DNA from: a virus
Taxonomy: Duplodnaviria > Caudoviricetes
Strand: one strand, 5' to 3'
Length of the DNA: 26,605 nucleotides
IMG/VR virus record: IMGVR_UViG_3300027367_000010
Coordinates: 1 to 26,605 of that record
Positions 17,337 through 25,146 of the stretch are shown here, in pieces. Under the pieces are notes generated by a model. It saw only the letters and a list, made by a program, of their open reading frames with translations, searched no databases and was not told the origin of the DNA. Made by a program: the position numbers and the translations under genes. Position 1 is the stretch's first letter. Each line of letters begins with the position of its first letter.

Positions 17337-17948
17337 TTAATCTAAGCTAATCAGTGATAAATCAGTTGCGACCCATATTCTCTCGTCTTTTTCTGATGTA
17401 TACTGGATAACGTCTTTGCCTGTTTTGTTATTTTTGCCGGTGCGTCCAGGACCAAAGTACTCAGTACCTCTAACGACTATGTAAGAGACTGAATCAGGAA
17501 ACTTCTTTTCCCAATTTTTATCCTTTGAAACTGCTTTCCAAAGATAAAATTCTACGTTCTCAATTTTCTCTTTGTTGTTCCAATCAATTACTTTGATTTT
17601 TTTTTTACGGCATTGTCATCTACTGCAGATTCCACAGCTTCTTCAACTGCTTCATCGGTCTCGCGCTTGCGCTTTGAATCTTTAAACTTGCCAGTGTTTG
17701 ACTTAGTCTTCAACTCAATCTTGTTGGGCTTTCAACAACTCCAGTGCTTCATCCTTATAATCAACAGGAATTACAATTTCAGACATTTCGTCACGATCGC
17801 CCGGCTCTGCAGGAATTTTAGCCTTGTCAAATAACTTCAAACGGGCTTTGGCTTCCTTATCATCTTTGGCTGGAACAAGACGCAATGTCATCTCATCAGG
17901 GCCTGCCTTAGCTTCTTTCATATACAAATACTTTTCTAGTAACGACAT
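17337..17948 (-). pseudogene. Gene read across two compensating frameshifts (+1 near 17726, -1 at A10 17597-17606); recoded, broken or mis-assembled
   Basis: Track ORF stops at 17715; the +1 frame continues NKIELKTKSNTGKFKD...EAVEEAVES; the original frame reopens IKVIDWNNKE...LSLISLD* with no start codon of its own. Confidence 0.6.
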
Positions 17949-17963
17949 TACATTCTCCTAAGA

Positions 17964-18221
17964 TTAATACTTATTACCGGATTGTTTTGAGATATCCATA
18001 TCGATATCATTCCAAATATCAGCTATCTGATCAATAAGCTTTTTCATTTTCGCGAAATCTTTACTATATCCTGCACCCATACTCTTTTGGATACCAGATG
18101 AAAGATTGCTTTTTGGATCAAGGGATTTACCAAGACGTTCAATCATCTCTGCAACGCCTTTATATCCTATAGATTTAGTATACTCTAATACCTGTTGATA
18201 TTCCTTGTCCATCATTTTCAT
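17964..18221 (-). CDS. Hypothetical protein, candidate internal head protein
   Basis: Leader MKMMDKEYQQVLE shared with the upstream gene. Confidence 0.7.
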   Translation of the reverse strand: MKMMDKEYQQVLEYTKSIGYKGVAEMIERLGKSLDPKSNLSSGIQKSMGAGYSKDFAKMKKLIDQIADIWNDIDMDISKQSGNKY

Positions 18222-18235
18222 CGGTTTATTCCTTG

Positions 18236-18547
18236 CTACTTAACTTTGAATTTAAAGTCTGTGCCTTTTTGGATCTCAGAAATAAATTTGACGAATGATT
18301 TGTGGCTGTTATTTATCCAGGCCATGGCTTCAGCATGTTCACTAGGCTTAGAAAATTGAATTACTTGTTCAGCTTCATAAGTGAGGTCTTTTACCAAGTC
18401 ATCCATTTCATCAACTAAGGTTCTAACGCCCGAAGATATCATAGAAGCAATAACATCATCGCCGAAAAATTCGTATGCGGTACCCTTTGCTTCAACTACC
18501 TTTTCTTTTTCTAATACCTGTTGGTATTCCTTATCTAACATTTTCAT
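18236..18547 (-). CDS. Hypothetical protein, candidate internal head protein
   Basis: Leader MKMLDKEYQQVLE; AAGGA RBS. Confidence 0.7.
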   Translation of the reverse strand: MKMLDKEYQQVLEKEKVVEAKGTAYEFFGDDVIASMISSGVRTLVDEMDDLVKDLTYEAEQVIQFSKPSEHAEAMAWINNSHKSFVKFISEIQKGTDFKFKVK

Positions 18548-18603
18548 TGATTTATTCCTTATGTTTCTTTATTATTGACAGACCAAATATTTGCTAGATC
18601 TGT

Positions 18604-18639
18604 AGCTTTAGCTAAAGCTTAAAACTTTAGCTAAAGCTT
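18604..18639. repeat. Tandem palindromes CTTTAGCTAAAG
   Basis: 16-bp perfect palindrome AGCTTTAGCTAAAGCT (18604-18619) and a 12-bp copy (18625-18636), intergenic. Confidence 0.8.
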
Positions 18640-18656
18640 TTCTCAGAAGCCCTTTA

Positions 18657-18920
18657 TTAAAATTTCATACCGAATACTTTTTCACATACTTTGATGATAT
18701 GATCTTCTAACTTAGAAAGTTCCTTATCGCCTTTGCTATCTTCTTCGTCCTGACAGAAAGCTCGCAAATTTGCGGTACCTTCAAGAATATATTCACCCAC
18801 CATTTCACCAATATCATCTTCATAATCTTCATAATCAACTGCTTCTACTAATCCTTTTTTTGCTTTTGCTAGCTTTGCTTCATTCATACGATCACGATAC
18901 TTATCTGCTAAATTTGACAT
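18657..18920 (-). CDS. Small acidic hypothetical protein
   Basis: 87-aa ORF in the late block. Confidence 0.7.
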   Translation of the reverse strand: MSNLADKYRDRMNEAKLAKAKKGLVEAVDYEDYEDDIGEMVGEYILEGTANLRAFCQDEEDSKGDKELSKLEDHIIKVCEKVFGMKF

Positions 18921-18923
18921 ATA

Positions 18924-19562
18924 TTACCCCTTCATTTTAATTGTATTTTTCTTTTTATTCTTATTCTTCAGCTTATTTTTCTTAGCCTTCTTAAGAATCT
19001 GGACTCTATTCTTTTTATAATCAAGGCGGGCTGCCTTGCGATCTTTGTTAGCTTCCGCACCCTTACGTTTCTTTTTTACGATGACCTTTTCGTCAACTTC
19101 TTCATCGTCTTCTTCATCATCTACTTCGATTTCAACTGCTTCTTCCTTGACTTCTTCTTCCTTGGCTTCTTCAACTTCTGCCAAGGCAGAAGCTTCTAGA
19201 AGGACTTCTTCAAGTTCGGCAATTTCAGCTTCAAGAATAGAGATCTCTTCATCAATCTTTTCTATACTCTTATTATACCGCTCTTCTTTAATTAAAGCAA
19301 CCTTTTTCTCATGATCAATCTTTTCTATACTCTTATTATACCGCTCTTCTTTAATTAAAGCAACTCTTTTCTCATGTTCAGAGACAGATTCTTCAACTTC
19401 TTCTTCGTCTTTCTTTTTTGCAGGAGTAGTATCTACTGCATCGCCTGTAGAGTTCGTAGGCTCTTCTTTGATTTTACGTTTTTCTTCTAAAGCTTTTCTT
19501 TCTTCTAATGGCAATGTATCTTCCATTGCTTTTAGAACTTGATCTATTAATGCATTTGACAT
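18924..19562 (-). CDS. Glu-rich protein with a Lys-rich tail, prohead-core-like
   Basis: Highly charged; many I/L/V-x-E sites; internal 21-aa duplication. Confidence 0.6.
   Translation of the reverse strand: MSNALIDQVLKAMEDTLPLEERKALEEKRKIKEEPTNSTGDAVDTTPAKKKDEEEVEESVSEHEKRVALIKEERYNKSIEKIDHEKKVALIKEERYNKSIEKIDEEISILEAEIAELEEVLLEASALAEVEEAKEEEVKEEAVEIEVDDEEDDEEVDEKVIVKKKRKGAEANKDRKAARLDYKKNRVQILKKAKKNKLKNKNKKKNTIKMKG
19251..19376 (-). repeat. 63-nt in-frame tandem duplication
   Basis: HEK(R/K)VALIKEERYNKSIEKID twice, nearly identical at nucleotide level. Confidence 0.92.
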
Positions 19563-19578
19563 TTTATTTTCCTCGAGG

Positions 19579-20148
19579 TTATCTTAATATATCGCCAGCT
19601 GTTATCATAATTTTACGTGTTGTTGGCATATGAGTCACCTGATATATGTTTGCATTAAACACAGTATCTACTGGCTCTAAATTTTCAGTAACCCTGATTC
19701 GGGTACCTTTTGCAGCAATGACATCTCCAGTTATTGGGTCAGCCACATCCTTTACTAAATGATAGAAACCGGCAATCAGGTTGCCTTCTTCTACATAAAA
19801 GCATTCTTTTAATTGATGATCAGTTACACTAACACCCATCTTCTCCATCGTCTCAACAATAGATTTTTCTGACATACCAGTTGCTTCTTTGACGAGGTAT
19901 AATGCAGCAGCATAAGATGTAATAGAAGCTCCTGGCATTTTACCTAACAACCTTCGTACATTAAATACCAATTTATGAAAGTATGTATATGCAGCTTTTT
20001 GATCACCCGATACTGGCTTTTTAATTACCTTTCCTTTCTCGTCAATTAACCCTTGCTTATATGCCGCGGTCTTTTCCCAAGGCATTGTTAATAAACGCAG
20101 AAATCTTAACGCATATATCGTATCAGCAGCTCTTGATAATAATCCCAT
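19579..20148 (-). CDS. Conserved hypothetical (probable virion) protein of T4-like phages
   Basis: YALRFLRLLTMPWEKTAAYKQGLIDEKG...AYTYFHKLVFNVRRLL pattern. Confidence 0.75.
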   Translation of the reverse strand: MGLLSRAADTIYALRFLRLLTMPWEKTAAYKQGLIDEKGKVIKKPVSGDQKAAYTYFHKLVFNVRRLLGKMPGASITSYAAALYLVKEATGMSEKSIVETMEKMGVSVTDHQLKECFYVEEGNLIAGFYHLVKDVADPITGDVIAAKGTRIRVTENLEPVDTVFNANIYQVTHMPTTRKIMITAGDILR

Positions 20149-20525
20149 TATACTTCCCTTAATTTAGATACCACATGTTTGTCTAATGGTATTTCTACCA
20201 TATCATTATCATCTAGAAAACTTAATAAGATGAGAAATGGCTTTATAACAGGCCAATTCTGTTCATCTTGAAATTTAAACTTCATCATTTTATGTGCTGC
20301 ATCTATACCAAATACATTATAAATGATTGTTATATGATTTAATATAAGGCGTTCTTGAAGGTCATCTTTCGATTTCATATACCTACCAAGAAGCCTTTTC
20401 ACATATTTAAACCGATGTAAGTCTTCATAAAATTCCTCTATATTTTGACATTGAGGATTTTCATAATGATTCATAGCAAATAAAACAAAGTTTTCTTCAT
20501 TTATTACATCAAAAAGTCTAGTCAT
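20148..20525 (-). CDS. Conserved hypothetical protein of T4-like phages
   Basis: NFVLFAMNHYENPQC...EFYEDLHRFKYVKRLL...ERLILNH pattern. Confidence 0.8.
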   Translation of the reverse strand: MTRLFDVINEENFVLFAMNHYENPQCQNIEEFYEDLHRFKYVKRLLGRYMKSKDDLQERLILNHITIIYNVFGIDAAHKMMKFKFQDEQNWPVIKPFLILLSFLDDNDMVEIPLDKHVVSKLREV

Positions 20526-20560
20526 AATTCCGCCAATAAGTTACTGTATGTACTTATTTA

Positions 20561-20875
20561 TTACTTCTTTTTACGGCGACTTTTCTTCTTAGGAGATACA
20601 ATTTCTTCAACCACTTCTTCAACCACTTCTTCGATGACTTCTTCAATTACAACTTGTAATGGTTCGTCAACTACATCGACAATCAGTTCTTTTTCTGGAG
20701 TCGGCATTACTTCGGTTAAGAGCACTTTTTCGTTATTCCACTCTGCAACAAATTCTTCGGATAGACGAATACCTTTCATCTTCTGATTACCACGGAAGAA
20801 ACCGTTTGGTGATGCTTTTGTACCAGCCAACAAATCCTGTTTGCGATACTGTGCTACTTGTTCTTTTACGCTCAT
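20561..20875 (-). CDS. Hypothetical protein with V(I/V)EE repeats and a basic tail
   Basis: 104 aa; GGAG RBS; 12-nt repeats at about 20602-20652. Confidence 0.7.
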   Translation of the reverse strand: MSVKEQVAQYRKQDLLAGTKASPNGFFRGNQKMKGIRLSEEFVAEWNNEKVLLTEVMPTPEKELIVDVVDEPLQVVIEEVIEEVVEEVVEEIVSPKKKSRRKKK

Positions 20876-20876
20876 A

Positions 20877-21662
20877 TTAGTCTTCCTTTATATTGGTGAG
20901 GTCTGTTACCCATTTTCTTGTGGATCTACCATCTGCATGCTCAACAATTACATAATTGGTGGCAAGTCTGGTGATGGTAACTACTTCTTCTGTTGTGGCG
21001 ATTTGAACTTCTTCGCCGACATTAAATAAATCTCCGCGCTTATATGCTTCACGTTCTTCTGAGATTGGCTCAAATTTAACCTTACGTCTAAAATCTTCTA
21101 CTTCTTCTAAGCCCATGTTCGTACGAATTGAATTATACATTTCATGAACATAATCAGAATCGACAGGCATCTTAGTCATAAATTCATCTACATTATTATC
21201 TTCAACAGACTTATATAATGTATCATCAGCAACAGGTTGAAATCCCATTACACTGATATTATGAAAGTTAAAATACCCATGTCTGTCAGTTAAGCCATTA
21301 TGTTCATGCAGCAGGTCGAGAATATCATTTTTTCTACTCTCTTCAACATATACCATGATATCCCCATATCCGGATTCAAAGTATTCGGTTGCCTTTTCAA
21401 GCACAACCTCTTGCTCTGTCCCTGTGCCTGATCGAAACGAACGAGCATGGCGAGGAAATAATTTTCGGTAATGTTTGACCATATAATCTTCAGCGATATC
21501 GAAAATGCGATAATCAGTGTTAAGTTCGTTCGAGGTAGTATTTATCTTATCGAACAATTCTAAGTGTTCGTTAGTAGGTATTTTAAAATCGCCCACACCA
21601 AACACTGCCAGCTTACCGCCAGTTCTTGTTTGAAAAAAATCAGTAAATTTTAACATCTGCAT
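20877..21662 (-). CDS. Degenerate cytidyltransferase-like domain plus C-terminal beta-barrel-like domain
   Basis: VFGVGDFKIPTNEHLEL aligns with TFGRFNPPTIGHLKL; HNGLTDRHGYFNF aligns with YNGVEAKHGYYKF; EREAYKRGDLFNVGEEV tail. Confidence 0.7.
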   Translation of the reverse strand: MQMLKFTDFFQTRTGGKLAVFGVGDFKIPTNEHLELFDKINTTSNELNTDYRIFDIAEDYMVKHYRKLFPRHARSFRSGTGTEQEVVLEKATEYFESGYGDIMVYVEESRKNDILDLLHEHNGLTDRHGYFNFHNISVMGFQPVADDTLYKSVEDNNVDEFMTKMPVDSDYVHEMYNSIRTNMGLEEVEDFRRKVKFEPISEEREAYKRGDLFNVGEEVQIATTEEVVTITRLATNYVIVEHADGRSTRKWVTDLTNIKED

Positions 21663-21685
21663 ACCTTACTTTAAATTGATATAAG

Positions 21686-21693
21686 TATTTATA
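21686..21693 (-). promoter_or_regulatory. T4-type late promoter TATAAATA
   Basis: Exact consensus overlapping the upstream stop codon. Confidence 0.75.
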
Positions 21694-22288
21694 AGCCCAT
21701 TCCATCACGAACTTCTTGCATTAATTCGTCTGCATTGACGTGATTTGGAAGGCCTTGAGTAAATTTTTCTATATCATTATCCATCGCTGCCGCTCTCATT
21801 TTAGAAGCGGACATTCCAGCGGCACCATCCTGATCAGGATCTCTCTCGCCAGCGGATACGACATCAACACCGCCTTCGAATTTATAATACCCATGTTTTG
21901 CTTCAACGCCATTATATTTGTTGACCATACCGTCAAAAGCTTTTACTCGATCAGAACCGACAACCATTGTTAAGTGACGTGTTCCAGAGTTATATTCCTT
22001 TACAAGAATATCGAAGACATGTTTTACTGACATGTCATCCAATATCTCATTTTTCATTTTAAAAATCTCACGCATCCACTTGATCTTGGTACTGAATTTT
22101 AAAGGATTTTTTGCGGGGTCATGGGACTGAGATGCGTATATATGAATCTTTCCGCGCTTCTTAGACGCTTCTTTTTTCATTGCATTGACCAACTTTAAAT
22201 GGCCAATGGTCGGTGGATTAAACCGGCCAAAGGTCATTACAACTATGTCATCCTTAGATTCTCTGAAAAACTCGAAAAACGTCTTCAT
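21689..22288 (-). CDS. Cytidyltransferase-like (HIGH-superfamily) nucleotidyltransferase
   Basis: FGRFNPPTIGH, KNPL, VVGSDR, SAGERDPD, MSASKMR. Confidence 0.88.
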   Translation of the reverse strand: MKTFFEFFRESKDDIVVMTFGRFNPPTIGHLKLVNAMKKEASKKRGKIHIYASQSHDPAKNPLKFSTKIKWMREIFKMKNEILDDMSVKHVFDILVKEYNSGTRHLTMVVGSDRVKAFDGMVNKYNGVEAKHGYYKFEGGVDVVSAGERDPDQDGAAGMSASKMRAAAMDNDIEKFTQGLPNHVNADELMQEVRDGMGL

Positions 22289-22349
22289 ATCTTAGCCCTA
22301 TTTATTTTTATATATTATATCATATTTCTTATATGATGACAACAGTTAT

Positions 22350-23588
22350 TTATCCGCGGTTTGGCGATTCCCAACCCTTAATGATATCAGGACTAAAATT
22401 ATTAGATGAAAACTCCAATCTATCAACTAGTTTGACAGCGCCGGCTCGAGCAGTAATCGATACAAACCCTTCTGCACCTGTAACCTTAAAGCCATTTTTA
22501 GTCTTAACAAAAGTATTTATACCGCCAATTTGACTAAGCTTTTTGATCAAAACCAACTTGGCATCGACCAAAGCATTTTGTAAATCGAAGATAGAGACAA
22601 TAGAAGAAGTGGAATGTTTAGTAAAAAATGATAATGTTTCATCTCGCTTTTCCTGCCATACCAATTTGGCCTTTTCAGTCTTAACCTTATCAATGCTAAC
22701 TTGATACTTAGCTTCAATATATTTTTGTAATTCCTTAACATGATTCTTTGTATCTGTAATACGCTGACCTTTACGCACATATGTGTTATTGAACGTATTG
22801 GTCATGATGTTAAGGTCTTTCATGTCAGACATATCTTTTAACGCATTAGAAGAAACCTTACTGAACAACTTACCGGCATTTGATAGGTGCTTTGTAACTT
22901 CATCAGTATCTGCTTTGGTCATTGTTACTGTTCCAGACAGATCATGCAAGTGTGCATCTTGTTGCCATACAGAAGAAACATTCTTTAATTTGGAGGCATC
23001 GACATTAAATGATGCTGACAAGCTCTCGAATGAATCGCCTGAATATGCCGTATGCCATACAACACCAATCTTAGCAGCTTTAATTTTCTTTGCTAGATCA
23101 GATGAAGCTGGCACCGCATACAGGATTGTATTGGGATGAAATGTAATATACTTCTCACCTTCAATCGTCTCTGAACCAAGGTCATTGGTGAACATGAGAT
23201 CACCTTGCAAGATTCCTTTGATACCAACCTTTGGCAACTCTTCAAGAGCTACCTTCAATTTGGCGTTTAAATCACCTGAAGTATCATCATCAATATCCTG
23301 TGGTGTTTTATATACCTTTGGATTCTTGTTGAATATACCTTTCTTGGCAACAAAGAATTTGCCATCAGTAGGATCTGTCCCGGCAAAAATCGCCGGAGCT
23401 CCATCCCATTTAACAGTAATGTCTTGTTCTGTAGTAGTACTGCCAGCTAACATATCGCGTAACGATCGAAGAGCATTGATCGCATTTCTTGCGCCATTAA
23501 CGCCACCATCGATAACTAGATCCTCTAGTCAAAGGTGCGTCATATGTGAATTCTTTGCTTCAGTAATAAACTGTTTGAATGATTTCAT
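22350..23588 (-). CDS. Ligase-fold covalent nucleotidyltransferase-like protein (DUF6267-like), interrupted by an in-frame TGA at codon 20
   Basis: AAGGAGG RBS and ATG 23588: MKSFKQFITEAKNSHMTHL*LEDLVIDGGVNGARNAINALRSLRDMLAG..., in frame with the track ORF; motifs TVKWDG, LQGDL, EGFV, VKLV. Confidence 0.8.
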
Positions 23589-23614
23589 AATCGGCTGTAA
23601 CCTCCTTTTTTTAT

Positions 23615-23719
23615 CTAGACGCTTTGTTTCTTGAACGTCCTACCTCTACGGTATGATTCTGATTGAGTACCTTCAGGAACATATATTGTATCAATTCCAT
23701 CAGTATACCATTTTAATTT
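23615..23719 (-). pseudogene. Remnant resembling a homing endonuclease C-terminus
   Basis: Start-less frame KLKWYTDGIDTIYVPEGTQSESYRRGRTFKKQSV*, similar to the W-Y-x-x-G...R-G-R tails of phage Seg/HNH endonucleases. Confidence 0.55.
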
Positions 23720-23754
23720 TTAGCTTCTGTGATAAATTCTTTAAATGTTATCAT
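23713..23754 (-). other. 13-aa mini-ORF MITFKEFITEAKN*, an abortive copy of the downstream gene's N-terminus
   Basis: Starts 2 nt after the upstream stop; matches MKSFKQFITEAKN at 10 of 13 residues. Confidence 0.75.
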
Positions 23755-23756
23755 AT

Positions 23757-25094
23757 TCAAGATACCTTAATGAATGTAGAAGAGATAGGCAATGATGAAG
23801 AAGCAAAGTCAATCATCGACTGTAGAAAAGCAGTCTTTTGAGCTTTCTTCATTTTCAACATAGCCATTCCAATCTCAGCTACTTGGTATTTTGAAACAAC
23901 ATATGATAAGGTATTGTCTTTGAGCAATATCACAGATCGGTATTCTTCACGAGTATATTTCTTCATCGATCTTGGATCTAACTGCTTGCCCATGCTAAAC
24001 AATTCATCTGTAACATTGGCAAAGTCAGTTTCAAACCGTTTGATGATCTTTTTAGTATCGGTGATCTTGTATTTTGAAACAGATTTAAGTGCATTCATTA
24101 CGCCAGTATTACCGATCTTACCCATCGCCGAATTGGCGCCTTTAATTTCGCCCTGAATTTTACCAGCAGCATTGAAGCTACGAAGTTGAATAGATCGGCC
24201 ACCATTAAAATACATGTACATATCCATTGACTGGTCAAATCCGCGTTTGCCCATTTCAAATCCTTCAAACTCAATAGATAACCGCGAATCTGGATGGTTA
24301 TACATCGCAATTGAGGCAGTTCCTTTGACCTTCTTCAACGACACACCAACAAGCTTTTGTTGATCAAAAAGTTCAGTAATCACATCATTCAATACTGCAA
24401 TTGAAGTATACTGATTCCAGTCATGGTTTTCTACAGAAGAATGTACCATCCATACATCGGAAGGATTCCACTTATCAAGACCAATAGAAGATCCTGCATT
24501 TGAAATGCAATTCTTAGCAGCTTTGGATAGGTTTGTTATGAATGTAGATTTTGAACGTTGATGGATTGTATAGTCACCAGCATGTTGAGAGCCTGCAATA
24601 GTCCTTGCACAGATTTGAGAGGACTCTACCCATGATTCTGGGGCCTTTTCCATCAAATCTTCGATCGTATACTTAGACATAACTCGGCTTGATGCCTTCA
24701 GTAGATCAGCCATTCCAAAATCAGTATTTGGGTTTTTAAGTGCGGCGGCAATATGGTATGCTTGTAAAGATTCATTTTCGTCAGTATTGAGGTCTTTAGA
24801 TGCGTCAGGTTTCATTACAAGATTGATACCATAATATGGTGAAGTCTCATCAAACCCTATAGCACCAGCACTAGACCAGTTAAGGGCTTTAACAGAATCA
24901 TCTTTATACGAACCTGGGATTTCCTTTAATACTTTCTTATAAGCAGCATCTCGATCCGCTACGTATATATTGATACGTGTTTGGGTGGGCATTTTTGTCT
25001 TGCCAAATCCAAGCGAATCGAGAACGCGTTTAATATTAAGCATACCGGCATTATTACCGACAGCCTCTTCCATGTAGTCTTTAAACGATATCAT
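23757..25094 (-). CDS. Candidate head-packaged protein with PD-(D/E)xK-like nuclease motifs
   Basis: Leader MISFKDYMEE/A; TDENES, DKWNPSDVW, LVGVSLKK. Confidence 0.65.
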   Translation of the reverse strand: MISFKDYMEEAVGNNAGMLNIKRVLDSLGFGKTKMPTQTRINIYVADRDAAYKKVLKEIPGSYKDDSVKALNWSSAGAIGFDETSPYYGINLVMKPDASKDLNTDENESLQAYHIAAALKNPNTDFGMADLLKASSRVMSKYTIEDLMEKAPESWVESSQICARTIAGSQHAGDYTIHQRSKSTFITNLSKAAKNCISNAGSSIGLDKWNPSDVWMVHSSVENHDWNQYTSIAVLNDVITELFDQQKLVGVSLKKVKGTASIAMYNHPDSRLSIEFEGFEMGKRGFDQSMDMYMYFNGGRSIQLRSFNAAGKIQGEIKGANSAMGKIGNTGVMNALKSVSKYKITDTKKIIKRFETDFANVTDELFSMGKQLDPRSMKKYTREEYRSVILLKDNTLSYVVSKYQVAEIGMAMLKMKKAQKTAFLQSMIDFASSSLPISSTFIKVS

Positions 25095-25124
25095 GAATTC
25101 AAATTCCCATATAAGTTAAATATA

Positions 25125-25142
25125 TATTTATATGTATTTATA
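25125..25142 (-). promoter_or_regulatory. Tandem T4-type late promoters
   Basis: TATAAATA at 25142-25135 and at 25132-25125. Confidence 0.75.
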
Positions 25143-25146
25143 CATA

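Noticed and set aside
22319-22337. ATCATAT-TTCTT-ATATGAT hairpin
   Set aside because: A weak AT-rich 7-bp stem in an AT-rich spacer; plausible by chance.
23529-23531. TGA as selenocysteine or genome-wide stop reassignment
   Set aside because: TGA ends other genes normally (13664, 23757), no other conserved gene here has an internal stop, and the site does not look like a Cys position. Simple readthrough cannot be excluded but would leave two extra residues in the motif.
23526-23534. CTT TGA C matches the prfB (RF2) +1 frameshift site
   Set aside because: The +1 frame reads GAC TAG and stops at once, there is no internal SD just upstream, and the coding sequence continues in frame 0.
5035-24310. 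Short alternative-frame minus-strand ORFs nested in larger genes (5035-5259, 6530-6730, 13690-13998, 15481-15693, 15763-15978, 22547-22780, 24098-24310)
   Set aside because: Fully overlapped by stronger genes, and no protein-like motifs.
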